This document shows, one piece after another, positions 24,123 to 31,575 of a stretch of DNA of 32,000 nt (positions are counted from its first letter, which is position 1; each line of letters opens with the position of its first letter). Under the pieces are notes generated by a model. That model did no database searches. It saw only the letters and a program-made list of their open reading frames with translations, and was not told where the DNA came from. The position numbers were made by a program, and so were the translations under genes. The DNA is taken from positions 975,622 to 1,007,621 of the forward strand of contig CP113000.1 in assembly GCA_026625185.1 (NCBI GenBank). The letters are read 5' to 3'. This DNA comes from Thermodesulfobacteriota bacterium. GTDB lineage: Bacteria; Desulfobacterota; WTBG01; JAGOGO01.

Positions 24123-24935
24123 ATGCCAAAAATAATTGCCGTTAGCGGCAAAGGGGGTATAGGAAAATCCACCCTGGCTGCATTGATAACCAAGTTTTTT
24201 TCTGAAAACACGGATAAAAAGATTCTCCTGGTTGATGCTGACCCGTCTATTAGCCTGACCCTTATGCTCGGGATGGACCCGCTCAAAACACTGAGCAACT
24301 TGAGGGAAAAATTTGTCACCAGTGCGGAGGCTGCCCAGGAGGCCATGTTTGGAGATAAACACATCCGTGATACTATTTATGATGAGTGTTTGCAGAACGG
24401 TGGAAGGTTTAACTTGCTTGCCATGGGCAGGCCTGAAGGACCGGGATGTTTCTGTTCAGTCAATGAGTTATTAAGATATGGGATCGAAAGTGTTTCAAAG
24501 AATTTTGACATAACCATCATCGATTGTGAAGCAGGCCCTGAACAGGTTAACCGGAGAGTGACCAAGAGTATTGACGATTTAATACTCGTAATCGAACCAA
24601 CCGTCAGAAGCGTTCAAACAGCATTATATATCAAGAAGGTGGCTGAAACTTATGGTGTTCAAAAGTCGTTTAGTTTGCACATTATTTTAAATAAAATAGG
24701 GAAACATGACAGAACAAAAAACATAAAGTCAATTTTAAGTAGCGAAGGGATAAAAATTTCAGGAATAGTACCTTTGGATGAAAATATAGCTGAATATGAC
24801 TCCATTGGAAAATCTATACTTGATCTTTCTCATGAATCACCCAGCGTGAAAGCTGTTGGAGAAATCTTCACATTCCTGTATCTCCAGAAAGAGGTCAATT
24901 TTGTCCGTGAGAGAGAGTTAGACCAGCAGATATAA
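24123..24935 (+). CDS. CooC-like MinD/ParA-type P-loop ATPase (metallocentre maturation factor family)
   Basis: AVSGKGGIGKST deviant Walker A, LLVDADPSISL, and a C-x-C motif (GPGCFCSVN) as in CooC-type nickel/cluster insertion ATPases. Confidence 0.6.
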   Translation: MPKIIAVSGKGGIGKSTLAALITKFFSENTDKKILLVDADPSISLTLMLGMDPLKTLSNLREKFVTSAEAAQEAMFGDKHIRDTIYDECLQNGGRFNLLAMGRPEGPGCFCSVNELLRYGIESVSKNFDITIIDCEAGPEQVNRRVTKSIDDLILVIEPTVRSVQTALYIKKVAETYGVQKSFSLHIILNKIGKHDRTKNIKSILSSEGIKISGIVPLDENIAEYDSIGKSILDLSHESPSVKAVGEIFTFLYLQKEVNFVRERELDQQI

Positions 24936-25060
24936 TTGCAGATTTTTACAGCAGATTAATTTTAGAAAGATTGGTGGTGTCTGATGGACGATGTCAGAAT
25001 TTTCTTTGAGCAAAATCTAGAGGATTTTGCTGATTGACCCGCCCAGCGTTTCCGCCCCCT

Positions 25061-25096
25061 TTGCCCGCTTCTCGGGCGAGCCGATGATTTTTTATT
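25061..25096 (+). terminator. weak hairpin plus T-run downstream of the CooC-like gene
   Basis: TTGCCCG-CTTCT-CGGGCGA stem-loop (25061-25079). The T-run TTTTTTATT starts only 8 nt later, so this is not a canonical intrinsic terminator. Confidence 0.25.
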
Positions 25097-25388
25097 ATAA
25101 TACCAAATCAATCCGATTTTCAAAAGAGTTGTCTTTGAAATCCTTACTTACTTTGTCAAAATAAACCCAGCGACCGCGATAATTCCGTTCGTTATTGGGC
25201 GTGGCTACGGGACTGGGCTACGGGACGTACATGAAAATATGAATTGATATTGTGATAAGACCGGGGGAAGAAGGGGCGTCCATTAAATTATAAAATTTCT
25301 AACAACGGCGACTTATGCGTACCAACATAAACACTGTTTTTGCATGAAATAATAATATAATGGAAAAAAAATGAATTAGAAAAATTTG

Positions 25389-25468
25389 TTAGTCATTCTC
25401 AGCAAATTTCTAAGTATTTTATATCATAAATACCACCTTTATTCTGCTTGCGCACAAAAAATCGCACC
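25389..25468. repeat. repeat A, copy 2
   Basis: TTAGTCATTCTCAGCAAATTTCTAAGTATTTTATATCATAAATACCACCTTTATTCTGCTTGCGCACAAAAAATCGCACC, 52 nt beyond the stop of the last lipoprotein gene. Confidence 0.9.
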
Positions 25469-25520
25469 TAACACGATTCTTTTTAATGACTCCTGGGGCA
25501 TTCTAAAGTTATTTCTTTCA

Positions 25521-26855
25521 CTAATAAACTAAACTTATCCACCTCGCAACAATCCCTTGCTTGGTTGGCCAAACCGCAAGGACATCACACCTCCCGCTAC
25601 TACCGATCTGTATCAAATTCCATGGCCCACCCAACCAATGATCAGCAACATTAGTTTCTCCCAAATCTACCGGAGCAGACCAAACCCGACTAAAAAATTC
25701 CAAAAAAAGAACATGGTTTTTGTTACTAAAATTACCCCCCTCTGGGTTTCCGATTACCAAAGCATGAAAGTTATCGTCGCCAGCCGGAGATAGCTTGGGT
25801 TCCCAATAGGTTCGAAGTGGGAATTTGATAGTTCCATTCTGCACGTTATCTTTTAATAAGTAACTCTCGCGATCATGACCACGCAGGATAAGCGCATTGC
25901 CTGTTTCTGGATCTACCGCAAGAGTGCTTTGCGACATATCCTTGGGGTAATCTTGCGAGAATTGAAATTTTTTTCCGGTTACCTTACGGAGCGATCTTGA
26001 TCCCTTAAAAGCACTTAATTTTGCCGGATCCGCCAAGGTATCAGGTGGACCGACAGTTGTTTTGAAACTTACATATCTAGATTGAGAATCCTTTGCTATT
26101 ATTGTGCAAATTGAGTCGTAAATGAGGGTGACAGTGCCTTTTGCATCAGCAGCAAGGTGTATATTATCTATCGATTTCTTATCATTTGGATCAACGACAG
26201 TCCAGGTTGTGTAGATAGGATGGTTTTCAGAAACTACCATTAGTTTGTGCGCTCGTGTTGGCCACGGCCAAATGATGCCACCCCCGTAACCACCAAGTCC
26301 ATACAAATCCAGACGCCAAGGAGCTCCAACTTCATTTCCTTTAACCTCAAAGGCCCATATCAACCCTTTAGCGCCTTTCACGAAAGACGGATTAAACGCC
26401 TCAACCCCTATCTCTTTCCAAGGGGTGCGCTCAACTTTTCGCCAGATACCGTCCTTATAAATCAGATGCTCATTATCTATTAGCACATGAAGATGCCCTT
26501 CGCAATCAAACGTTACATCAAAAGCCGAGGGCAAAGCGGAAGTCCTTATGATCTCGCTCTTCGTGACGCTGTCAGGGCCAACAACGAAGTGGTGAATTTC
26601 CTTTAATTCAGTTGAAACGATAACAACGTGGGCTTGGCCGCTGCTATCAAAAATTACCCGGGCGCTATCGCCATGCGCTGTTTTTGTCCTCAGGAGTTCG
26701 ATAACTGGACCTGAACGAATGTTCGGCAGCACATATTTCGCAGGTAATTTTTTTTCAGATGTGATCGCGCATCCGTTGATTAAAAGGCTTGCGACAAATA
26801 GGACAAGTAGAATATCCGTTTGAAGGCATTTAAAACGCTTGCAATTAAAAACCAT
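25521..26855 (-). CDS. predicted lipoprotein, probably beta-propeller-like, unknown function
   Basis: Signal peptide ending LLINGC|A. Recurring strand-like blocks (AHVVIVS, HLHVLID, VTLIYD, FHALVIG, CDVLAVW) suggest repeated blades. Strong SD (AAGAGGAGGAAG) upstream. Confidence 0.6.
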   Translation of the reverse strand: MVFNCKRFKCLQTDILLVLFVASLLINGCAITSEKKLPAKYVLPNIRSGPVIELLRTKTAHGDSARVIFDSSGQAHVVIVSTELKEIHHFVVGPDSVTKSEIIRTSALPSAFDVTFDCEGHLHVLIDNEHLIYKDGIWRKVERTPWKEIGVEAFNPSFVKGAKGLIWAFEVKGNEVGAPWRLDLYGLGGYGGGIIWPWPTRAHKLMVVSENHPIYTTWTVVDPNDKKSIDNIHLAADAKGTVTLIYDSICTIIAKDSQSRYVSFKTTVGPPDTLADPAKLSAFKGSRSLRKVTGKKFQFSQDYPKDMSQSTLAVDPETGNALILRGHDRESYLLKDNVQNGTIKFPLRTYWEPKLSPAGDDNFHALVIGNPEGGNFSNKNHVLFLEFFSRVWSAPVDLGETNVADHWLGGPWNLIQIGSSGRCDVLAVWPTKQGIVARWISLVY

Positions 26856-27043
26856 CGCTGCAATCTTCCTCCTCTTAAATGATCTTTTGATCTTTTCACA
26901 TTAAACTGCCACGCCGATTTACTTCACTGAAACCCGACCTCGATTCAGGTTTCTTTTATTCGATAAACCCTGCACCAGCCCTCATTTATAGCCCCACAGC
27001 AATCATTGTCACCCTCGACTTTCAAGTCTTTATTATAGGCCTT

Positions 27044-27439
27044 TCATTGATTGGTTTCCTGACATTCACAAACCGCTTTATCAATGCGGCTATGGAAGAT
27101 TTGATAAGCCCTATGATATTCGGTTACTGAACCTGAATCTGTGTCAGCAACTTCGGCCCATACCGGATACCTCGAATGTTTCGCGCCAGAAGGGATTCCA
27201 TACCAACCCGTGGGGATTGCAACTCCTACAAAATAACCATTGTTCTGCTTTTCCAGAATTACTGGAACTTTGCCTGACATTCCGCTCTGTTCCCATTCTT
27301 TCGCAATGCATGAAGCGACAGCATGAGATGAATGCACACTTTTGAAATTCTGTGTGGCACAACCGCATATCAAAATAAATACAAGCATCAAAGTCAATCC
27401 ACAAATTATTTTTATTTTCCTTTTTATTAAGTTTGACAT
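27044..27439 (-). CDS. small predicted lipoprotein, unknown function
   Basis: 131 aa. MSNLIKRKIK..LMLVFILICGC|ATQNF is a signal peptide plus lipobox-like Cys. Confidence 0.6.
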   Translation of the reverse strand: MSNLIKRKIKIICGLTLMLVFILICGCATQNFKSVHSSHAVASCIAKEWEQSGMSGKVPVILEKQNNGYFVGVAIPTGWYGIPSGAKHSRYPVWAEVADTDSGSVTEYHRAYQIFHSRIDKAVCECQETNQ

Positions 27440-27480
27440 TTTATTTTTCTGCCTTCATACGGAGAGGAGTTCCAATGCGC

Positions 27481-28881
27481 TCACTTGGTTTCTAAAAGCA
27501 CCTTTCTATTCTCCGACCATGGGGCTTTCTCCTTCACCACTTCATTAAAAAATCTTTGCATTGAAGCTTGAATTGCTTTCGATATTTCCGCTTTAAATAA
27601 TTTCCTTCCGTTAACGCCTTGATATTCTTCCATCGTTCGACTCGTGGAACCTTCTCCGACCTTCGCCTCATAAAATAAGGGCTCTTTTCTATTCTTGGGA
27701 TTGGCATAATATGAAACCACATCATACACTAAGGCTTTGGGCGCGGTTTCCCAAAGGCGTATGCGCAAAGTTACTGCCACGCAAAAAGAACCGCGCTCTT
27801 TACATTCACTCAGTTCTATATTCAGGATTTCTGTTTGAACAATACTTTTTAGGCCCTGTTGGTTCGCCTGCGCAAAGGGATCATTTTCAGTGTTTAAGTC
27901 AATCGGCTTTGATATGCAATATTTGGAAAGCATGCTTTCAAAACCAGATCCGAGCATTGCGGCAGGGTCATTTTCCTTGAGCTCCTGCTGAAGTCCCTGG
28001 ATGGTTGGCTGCCATTTATGCTCAGCGATTTCGCCGGCAATTGTCCCCCCGGTAATTCCCACAGGAAGATACGTTAAGTATAAAAGAAGAATACCTGCTC
28101 CGGCTTCACGTCCCGCACTTAAGGTTGAAAGACCATTGGCTACATCTTCTCCACTTTCAATCCCAGTAGCACGCGAGATGGCTCTTTTTTTCCAATGCGG
28201 GGACATCAGGTTTTTGGTGCTGGTGGTCATGAAGCCCATGGGAACAAGTTCTTTTATGCACCGGGTATTAATTGGCTTCCCCATTGGTTTCATATGCGCT
28301 AATGATGGAGAACCGTATTGACTGAACGAATCTTGGGCAATAGCCTGTGCTGATTCACTCTCATCAATTACCCTAATTCCGGAGCACTCATTTACCAGTC
28401 GCCCAAAAATCCCCCAGGTGGTTCGGCAGGAAGCAGCAAGGGTACCGATATAGAGCACGTGGTTACCACGTGGAACATGAAACCAAAATACTTCAGGAGC
28501 TGACAGATACCGATCATCCTTCGATGAAATTGCTTCCCGTTTTGGGGAAACGCCAAGATAATAGGTGCCCGGCTGAAGAATAAAATATACCCAGCCGTTT
28601 TTTTGAGCTTGGTGGGATGGAGAATGATAAGGGAAAATACCTGTTGGAGATTGGTCAGCATCAATACTTGCCATTAGTGAGTAAAATCTTTCCGGCCCTT
28701 GCAATTTTTTAGAATCAATTTCCGCAGAAAGCCGGAGCAAAACTACTGATTTTCCTCCTCCGGCAACCGCCTTCTCATCACCTGCATTCGGATTACGCAC
28801 AACAGTCGCGCAGCCGTTAAGAAGCATGGCAAGAAAAACTAATAATACGATCATCAAGGAGAATACATTTAATTTTGACAT
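27481..28881 (-). CDS. predicted lipoprotein, family X paralogue 2 (466 aa), unknown function
   Basis: Signal peptide ..FLAMLLNGC|ATVV. Full-length paralogue of 29913-31316. Conserved Cys pairs and a Gly-rich hydrophobic segment (YLPVGITGGTIAGEIAEHKWQP). Confidence 0.65.
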   Translation of the reverse strand: MSKLNVFSLMIVLLVFLAMLLNGCATVVRNPNAGDEKAVAGGGKSVVLLRLSAEIDSKKLQGPERFYSLMASIDADQSPTGIFPYHSPSHQAQKNGWVYFILQPGTYYLGVSPKREAISSKDDRYLSAPEVFWFHVPRGNHVLYIGTLAASCRTTWGIFGRLVNECSGIRVIDESESAQAIAQDSFSQYGSPSLAHMKPMGKPINTRCIKELVPMGFMTTSTKNLMSPHWKKRAISRATGIESGEDVANGLSTLSAGREAGAGILLLYLTYLPVGITGGTIAGEIAEHKWQPTIQGLQQELKENDPAAMLGSGFESMLSKYCISKPIDLNTENDPFAQANQQGLKSIVQTEILNIELSECKERGSFCVAVTLRIRLWETAPKALVYDVVSYYANPKNRKEPLFYEAKVGEGSTSRTMEEYQGVNGRKLFKAEISKAIQASMQRFFNEVVKEKAPWSENRKVLLETK

Positions 28882-28961
28882 TTTTTTTACCTCCTTTCAT
28901 TTGATTTCAGAAACCAGTGGTAAAAAAAGCAATGGCCGTCCTCCGTTTACTCTCCAGGCTT

Positions 28962-29678
28962 TTACCGGTACTGCCACGAAGGTACTTTTTTCTCGTCCGG
29001 GGTCAAACCGGTCAATTTTTTAAGGATCTCCTTGGTGAGTTTCAGACCCGCCTCTGATTGTGTCTGAGGGATAAACAATAGATGTGCCATGTACGCCAGA
29101 CCCACAAACTCCCCCTTTGACGAAGTTGTTATTGTTCCAATGCTTTTTCCTGACGGTGCTTCCCATATGGTTGCTTCCAGGGTTGTTTGGTTGCCGCACG
29201 CAGCCGCACCAAAGGGAACAAGATATAACGGTACGTGTATTGTGGTTTCAACTTTTTCATTGATGAAAATAATGTATCGCAGATGCTCCTGTTTTGCCTT
29301 TGCTTCTGATATGCTCAATTCCGCCAAAACCGGTTCGCTGAATTTTATGGTCGGCCCTGGTTCCTGTAATTCGCCCAATGTCTTTATGTCGAACTGATCG
29401 GGCGCTGGATTTAGCACCACCATATACTTGATTACTTGCCCGACGGTATCATCCTGAAAATCAGGCATGCCTCCCATGGTAAAATAGGGCTCGCCGAAAC
29501 GTGCGGGACAGGGTGCGTTGTTTCCGCAGATAAGGATCGTCTCGCCTTTTTCTATCAGCGCAACCCGAGAAAGTTTGTCATTAATGGTTTCGATGGAGGG
29601 AGATGGTAAAGGCAGACACCCGCAGATAAGATTCAGGTACAGAATCAAAAAAATATACCCACAGTAATATGATCTCAT
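28962..29678 (-). CDS. predicted lipoprotein, unknown function
   Basis: Start moved to MRSYYCGYIFLILYLNLICGC (ATG at 29678), which has TAAGGAG 7 nt upstream. The track start at 29708 would overlap the truncated paralogue ORF. Confidence 0.55.
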   Translation of the reverse strand: MRSYYCGYIFLILYLNLICGCLPLPSPSIETINDKLSRVALIEKGETILICGNNAPCPARFGEPYFTMGGMPDFQDDTVGQVIKYMVVLNPAPDQFDIKTLGELQEPGPTIKFSEPVLAELSISEAKAKQEHLRYIIFINEKVETTIHVPLYLVPFGAAACGNQTTLEATIWEAPSGKSIGTITTSSKGEFVGLAYMAHLLFIPQTQSEAGLKLTKEILKKLTGLTPDEKKVPSWQYR

Positions 29679-29692
29679 ATGATTACTCCTTA

Positions 29693-29836
29693 TTAATTCT
29701 TGATGCACGAAGCGACAACATCAGATGAACGCGAACTTTTGAAATTCTGGGTGGCACAACCGGATATCAATAGAAAGACAATAGTCAAAACTATTTCAAG
29801 TGCCCCTTTGATCTGTCTTTTTATAAACCGTGACAT
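29693..29836 (-). pseudogene. truncated copy (47 codons) of the small lipoprotein gene at 27044-27439
   Basis: MSRFIKRQIKGALEIVLTIVFLLISGCATQNFKSSRSSDVVASCIKN* aligns with the first ~47 residues of MSNLIKRKIKIICGLTLMLVFILICGCATQNFKSVHSSHAVASCIAKEW... The flanking DNA (29837-29912 versus 27440-27520) is also homologous. Confidence 0.55.
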
Positions 29837-29912
29837 TTTATTTTTCCTTTTTTCATACGCCGAGGAGTTTTAATGAGCTCACTTGTTTCTAAAGCCTTTT
29901 TTTATTCTTAGC

Positions 29913-31316
29913 TCACCGAGAGTTCTCCTTCAGTACATCATTAAAAATTTTTTGAACTGAAAGTTGAATTGCTTTTGACAGTTCATCTTTTAAAAATTTT
30001 CTTCCTTCGGGGCCGCAATAGTCCTCCATTTTCCGGCATTCGGAACATCCTCCCCCCACCTCAGTTACAAAAAATACTGGTTTTTCTCTAATGGCTTTGT
30101 TGGAATATTGTGATACCGAATCATAGAGCAAGTTTTTTGACGCTGTCTCCCAAACTCGAGAACGCATGTTTACCACAATACAAAAACAACCCCGTTCTTT
30201 ACATTCACTCAGTTCTATATTCAGGAAATTCGCCTCGAAGATGCTTTTAAGCCCCAGTTGCTTTGCCCGGACAAAAGGGTCATCCGCCTCCTTCAGGTTA
30301 ATTGGCGCAGTTGCGTCATATTGGGAAAGCGAAGTTTTAAAAGCAGAACTGAGCATCGCGGCGGGGTCGTTTTCCTGCAGTTCCTGCTGAAGGCCTTGGA
30401 TGGCGGGTTGCCATTTGTGCTCAGAGACTTCTCCGGCAATTACACCGCCGGTGAATGCTACAGGCAAATAATATACTGAATATAAAATTGCAACCGGCGG
30501 GGCTGACAGATTAAGAAATGCACTGAGGTATGGATGGTCATTCACGAATTGAGAAGAACCATCGCGCTTAAAACTCAACTTCTCTAATCCTATTCCCATC
30601 CCCATTGCGCTGATAATGTTCCTCCTTTTCCAATTTGGTGAATTCAACTCTTGAGTGCTGGTGGTCGTGTATCCCATGGGGACAAGTTCACCCATCGTCC
30701 GGGTGGTTCTTGGTCTGCTAAGTGGTTTCATGATGACCGATGACAGTGAACCGTATTGCCTGAAAGAAGCCCGGGCAATAACTTTGGCTGATTCAGTCTG
30801 GTCAATGACCTTTATCTCAGAACACTGATCTACCTGCCGGCTAATCAATCCTCTTGTGGTTTCGCATGCAGTACTTAGGGTTCCGATATAAATAACCTTA
30901 TTACCCTGGGGAACTGAAAACCAAAAACTGTCGGGGGTAAAATAATGAGAGTTCTTCAAGGTATCAACTTTCGGGCTGACCTCAAGATAATAGGTGCCCG
31001 GCTCAAGCATAAAATACACCCACCCATCTTTTCGGGCTTCTGCTGAGGGAAAATCGTAAAAATTAAGATTATTCGTTGAAGAATAAAGGTTGTCACAGGT
31101 TGCTATTACCCAGTAAAATCTTCCCGACCCCTCATTTTTTTGAGAATCAATCTTCGCGGAACACCTAAACAAAACCACGGATTTTCTCTTTTCTTGAGTG
31201 ACCTCCTTAACGTTTATACCCAGGTTTGATCCAGGAGTTGCGCAGCCAAAAAGAAACATTAAAAAAGCATTCAAAGTGATAAAAGCAATTGGTCTTAACC
31301 CTGACATTTTTTTCAT
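29913..31316 (-). CDS. predicted lipoprotein, family X paralogue 1 (467 aa), unknown function
   Basis: Signal peptide ..FLMFLFGC|ATPG. Shares long identical peptide blocks with 27481-28881 (EHKWQP.IQGLQQEL.ENDPAAML, LNIELSECKERG.FC). AAAGGAG upstream. First gene after the sigma-54 promoter. Confidence 0.65.
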   Translation of the reverse strand: MKKMSGLRPIAFITLNAFLMFLFGCATPGSNLGINVKEVTQEKRKSVVLFRCSAKIDSQKNEGSGRFYWVIATCDNLYSSTNNLNFYDFPSAEARKDGWVYFMLEPGTYYLEVSPKVDTLKNSHYFTPDSFWFSVPQGNKVIYIGTLSTACETTRGLISRQVDQCSEIKVIDQTESAKVIARASFRQYGSLSSVIMKPLSRPRTTRTMGELVPMGYTTTSTQELNSPNWKRRNIISAMGMGIGLEKLSFKRDGSSQFVNDHPYLSAFLNLSAPPVAILYSVYYLPVAFTGGVIAGEVSEHKWQPAIQGLQQELQENDPAAMLSSAFKTSLSQYDATAPINLKEADDPFVRAKQLGLKSIFEANFLNIELSECKERGCFCIVVNMRSRVWETASKNLLYDSVSQYSNKAIREKPVFFVTEVGGGCSECRKMEDYCGPEGRKFLKDELSKAIQLSVQKIFNDVLKENSR

Positions 31317-31380
31317 CTCCTTTCACTCTCAAAGTTTCGGATAGTTATTTTTAACTTGAGCTACCCAATGATCGAATAAA

Positions 31381-31395
31381 GCAATTGATGTGCCA
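31381..31395 (-). promoter_or_regulatory. sigma-54 (-24/-12) promoter, copy 2
   Basis: The minus strand reads TGGCACATCAATTGC(T), a perfect TGGCAC-N5-TTGC. The predicted transcription start is near 31370, giving a ~54-nt leader to the ATG at 31316. Confidence 0.75.
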
Positions 31396-31412
31396 GGGCA
31401 CGAAGATGTTGC

Positions 31413-31425
31413 TAACTTAATGATT
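31413..31425 (-). promoter_or_regulatory. IHF-like site, copy 2
   Basis: The minus strand reads AATCATTAAGTTA, one mismatch to WATCAANNNNTTR. It has the same 17-nt offset from the -24 element as copy 1. Confidence 0.3.
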
Positions 31426-31503
31426 TTGAATAAGATTATGACAAAACCCGGATCAGACTTTGAAAAGGAAGGGGGGTTTAAGGTTCATGCAATGCACTAC
31501 ATC

Positions 31504-31520
31504 TATACAAATTTTGTATA
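31504..31520. promoter_or_regulatory. palindromic upstream activator site candidate, copy 2
   Basis: TATACA-AATTT-TGTATA, a perfect 17-bp palindrome. Its centre lies about 119 bp upstream of the -24 GG, the same spacing as copy 1. Confidence 0.55.
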
Positions 31521-31575
31521 GCACTGAGGTGTCTTCTGGAGGGAGTCGTTCGGAATGTTCCGCATGTTCACGGAA

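Larger units (their letters stand above)
31317..31573. repeat. repeat B, copy 2 (sigma-54 regulatory module)
   Basis: See copy 1. This copy fills the whole intergenic space between the lipoprotein operon start (31316) and the stop of the ceramidase-like gene (31576). Confidence 0.85.

Noticed and set aside
25095-25217. 40-codon minus-strand open frame (..PNNERNYRGRWVYFDKVSKDFKDNSFENRIDLVL*) and the adjacent direct repeat GGCTACGGGAC x2 (about 25203-25226) in the spacer after the CooC-like gene.
   Set aside because: No start codon, and I could not recognise a family. It is possibly a gene remnant, but the evidence is too thin to annotate.
26929-26960. Hairpin GAAACC-N13-GGTTTC followed by TTTTATT in the spacer between the 131-aa and 444-aa lipoprotein genes.
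   Set aside because: The T-run is on the plus strand, so it would terminate plus-strand transcription, while all flanking genes are on the minus strand. The stem is only 6 bp with a 13-nt loop.
19041-31573. Considered whether repeats A and B could be a CRISPR array or the terminal repeats of a composite transposon carrying the BCR/HGD operon.
   Set aside because: Only two copies of each exist, they are 78-257 bp long, and they are kilobases apart, so this is not CRISPR. The copies are direct rather than inverted and contain promoter architecture. No intact transposase is present, only a 45-codon remnant outside the repeats.
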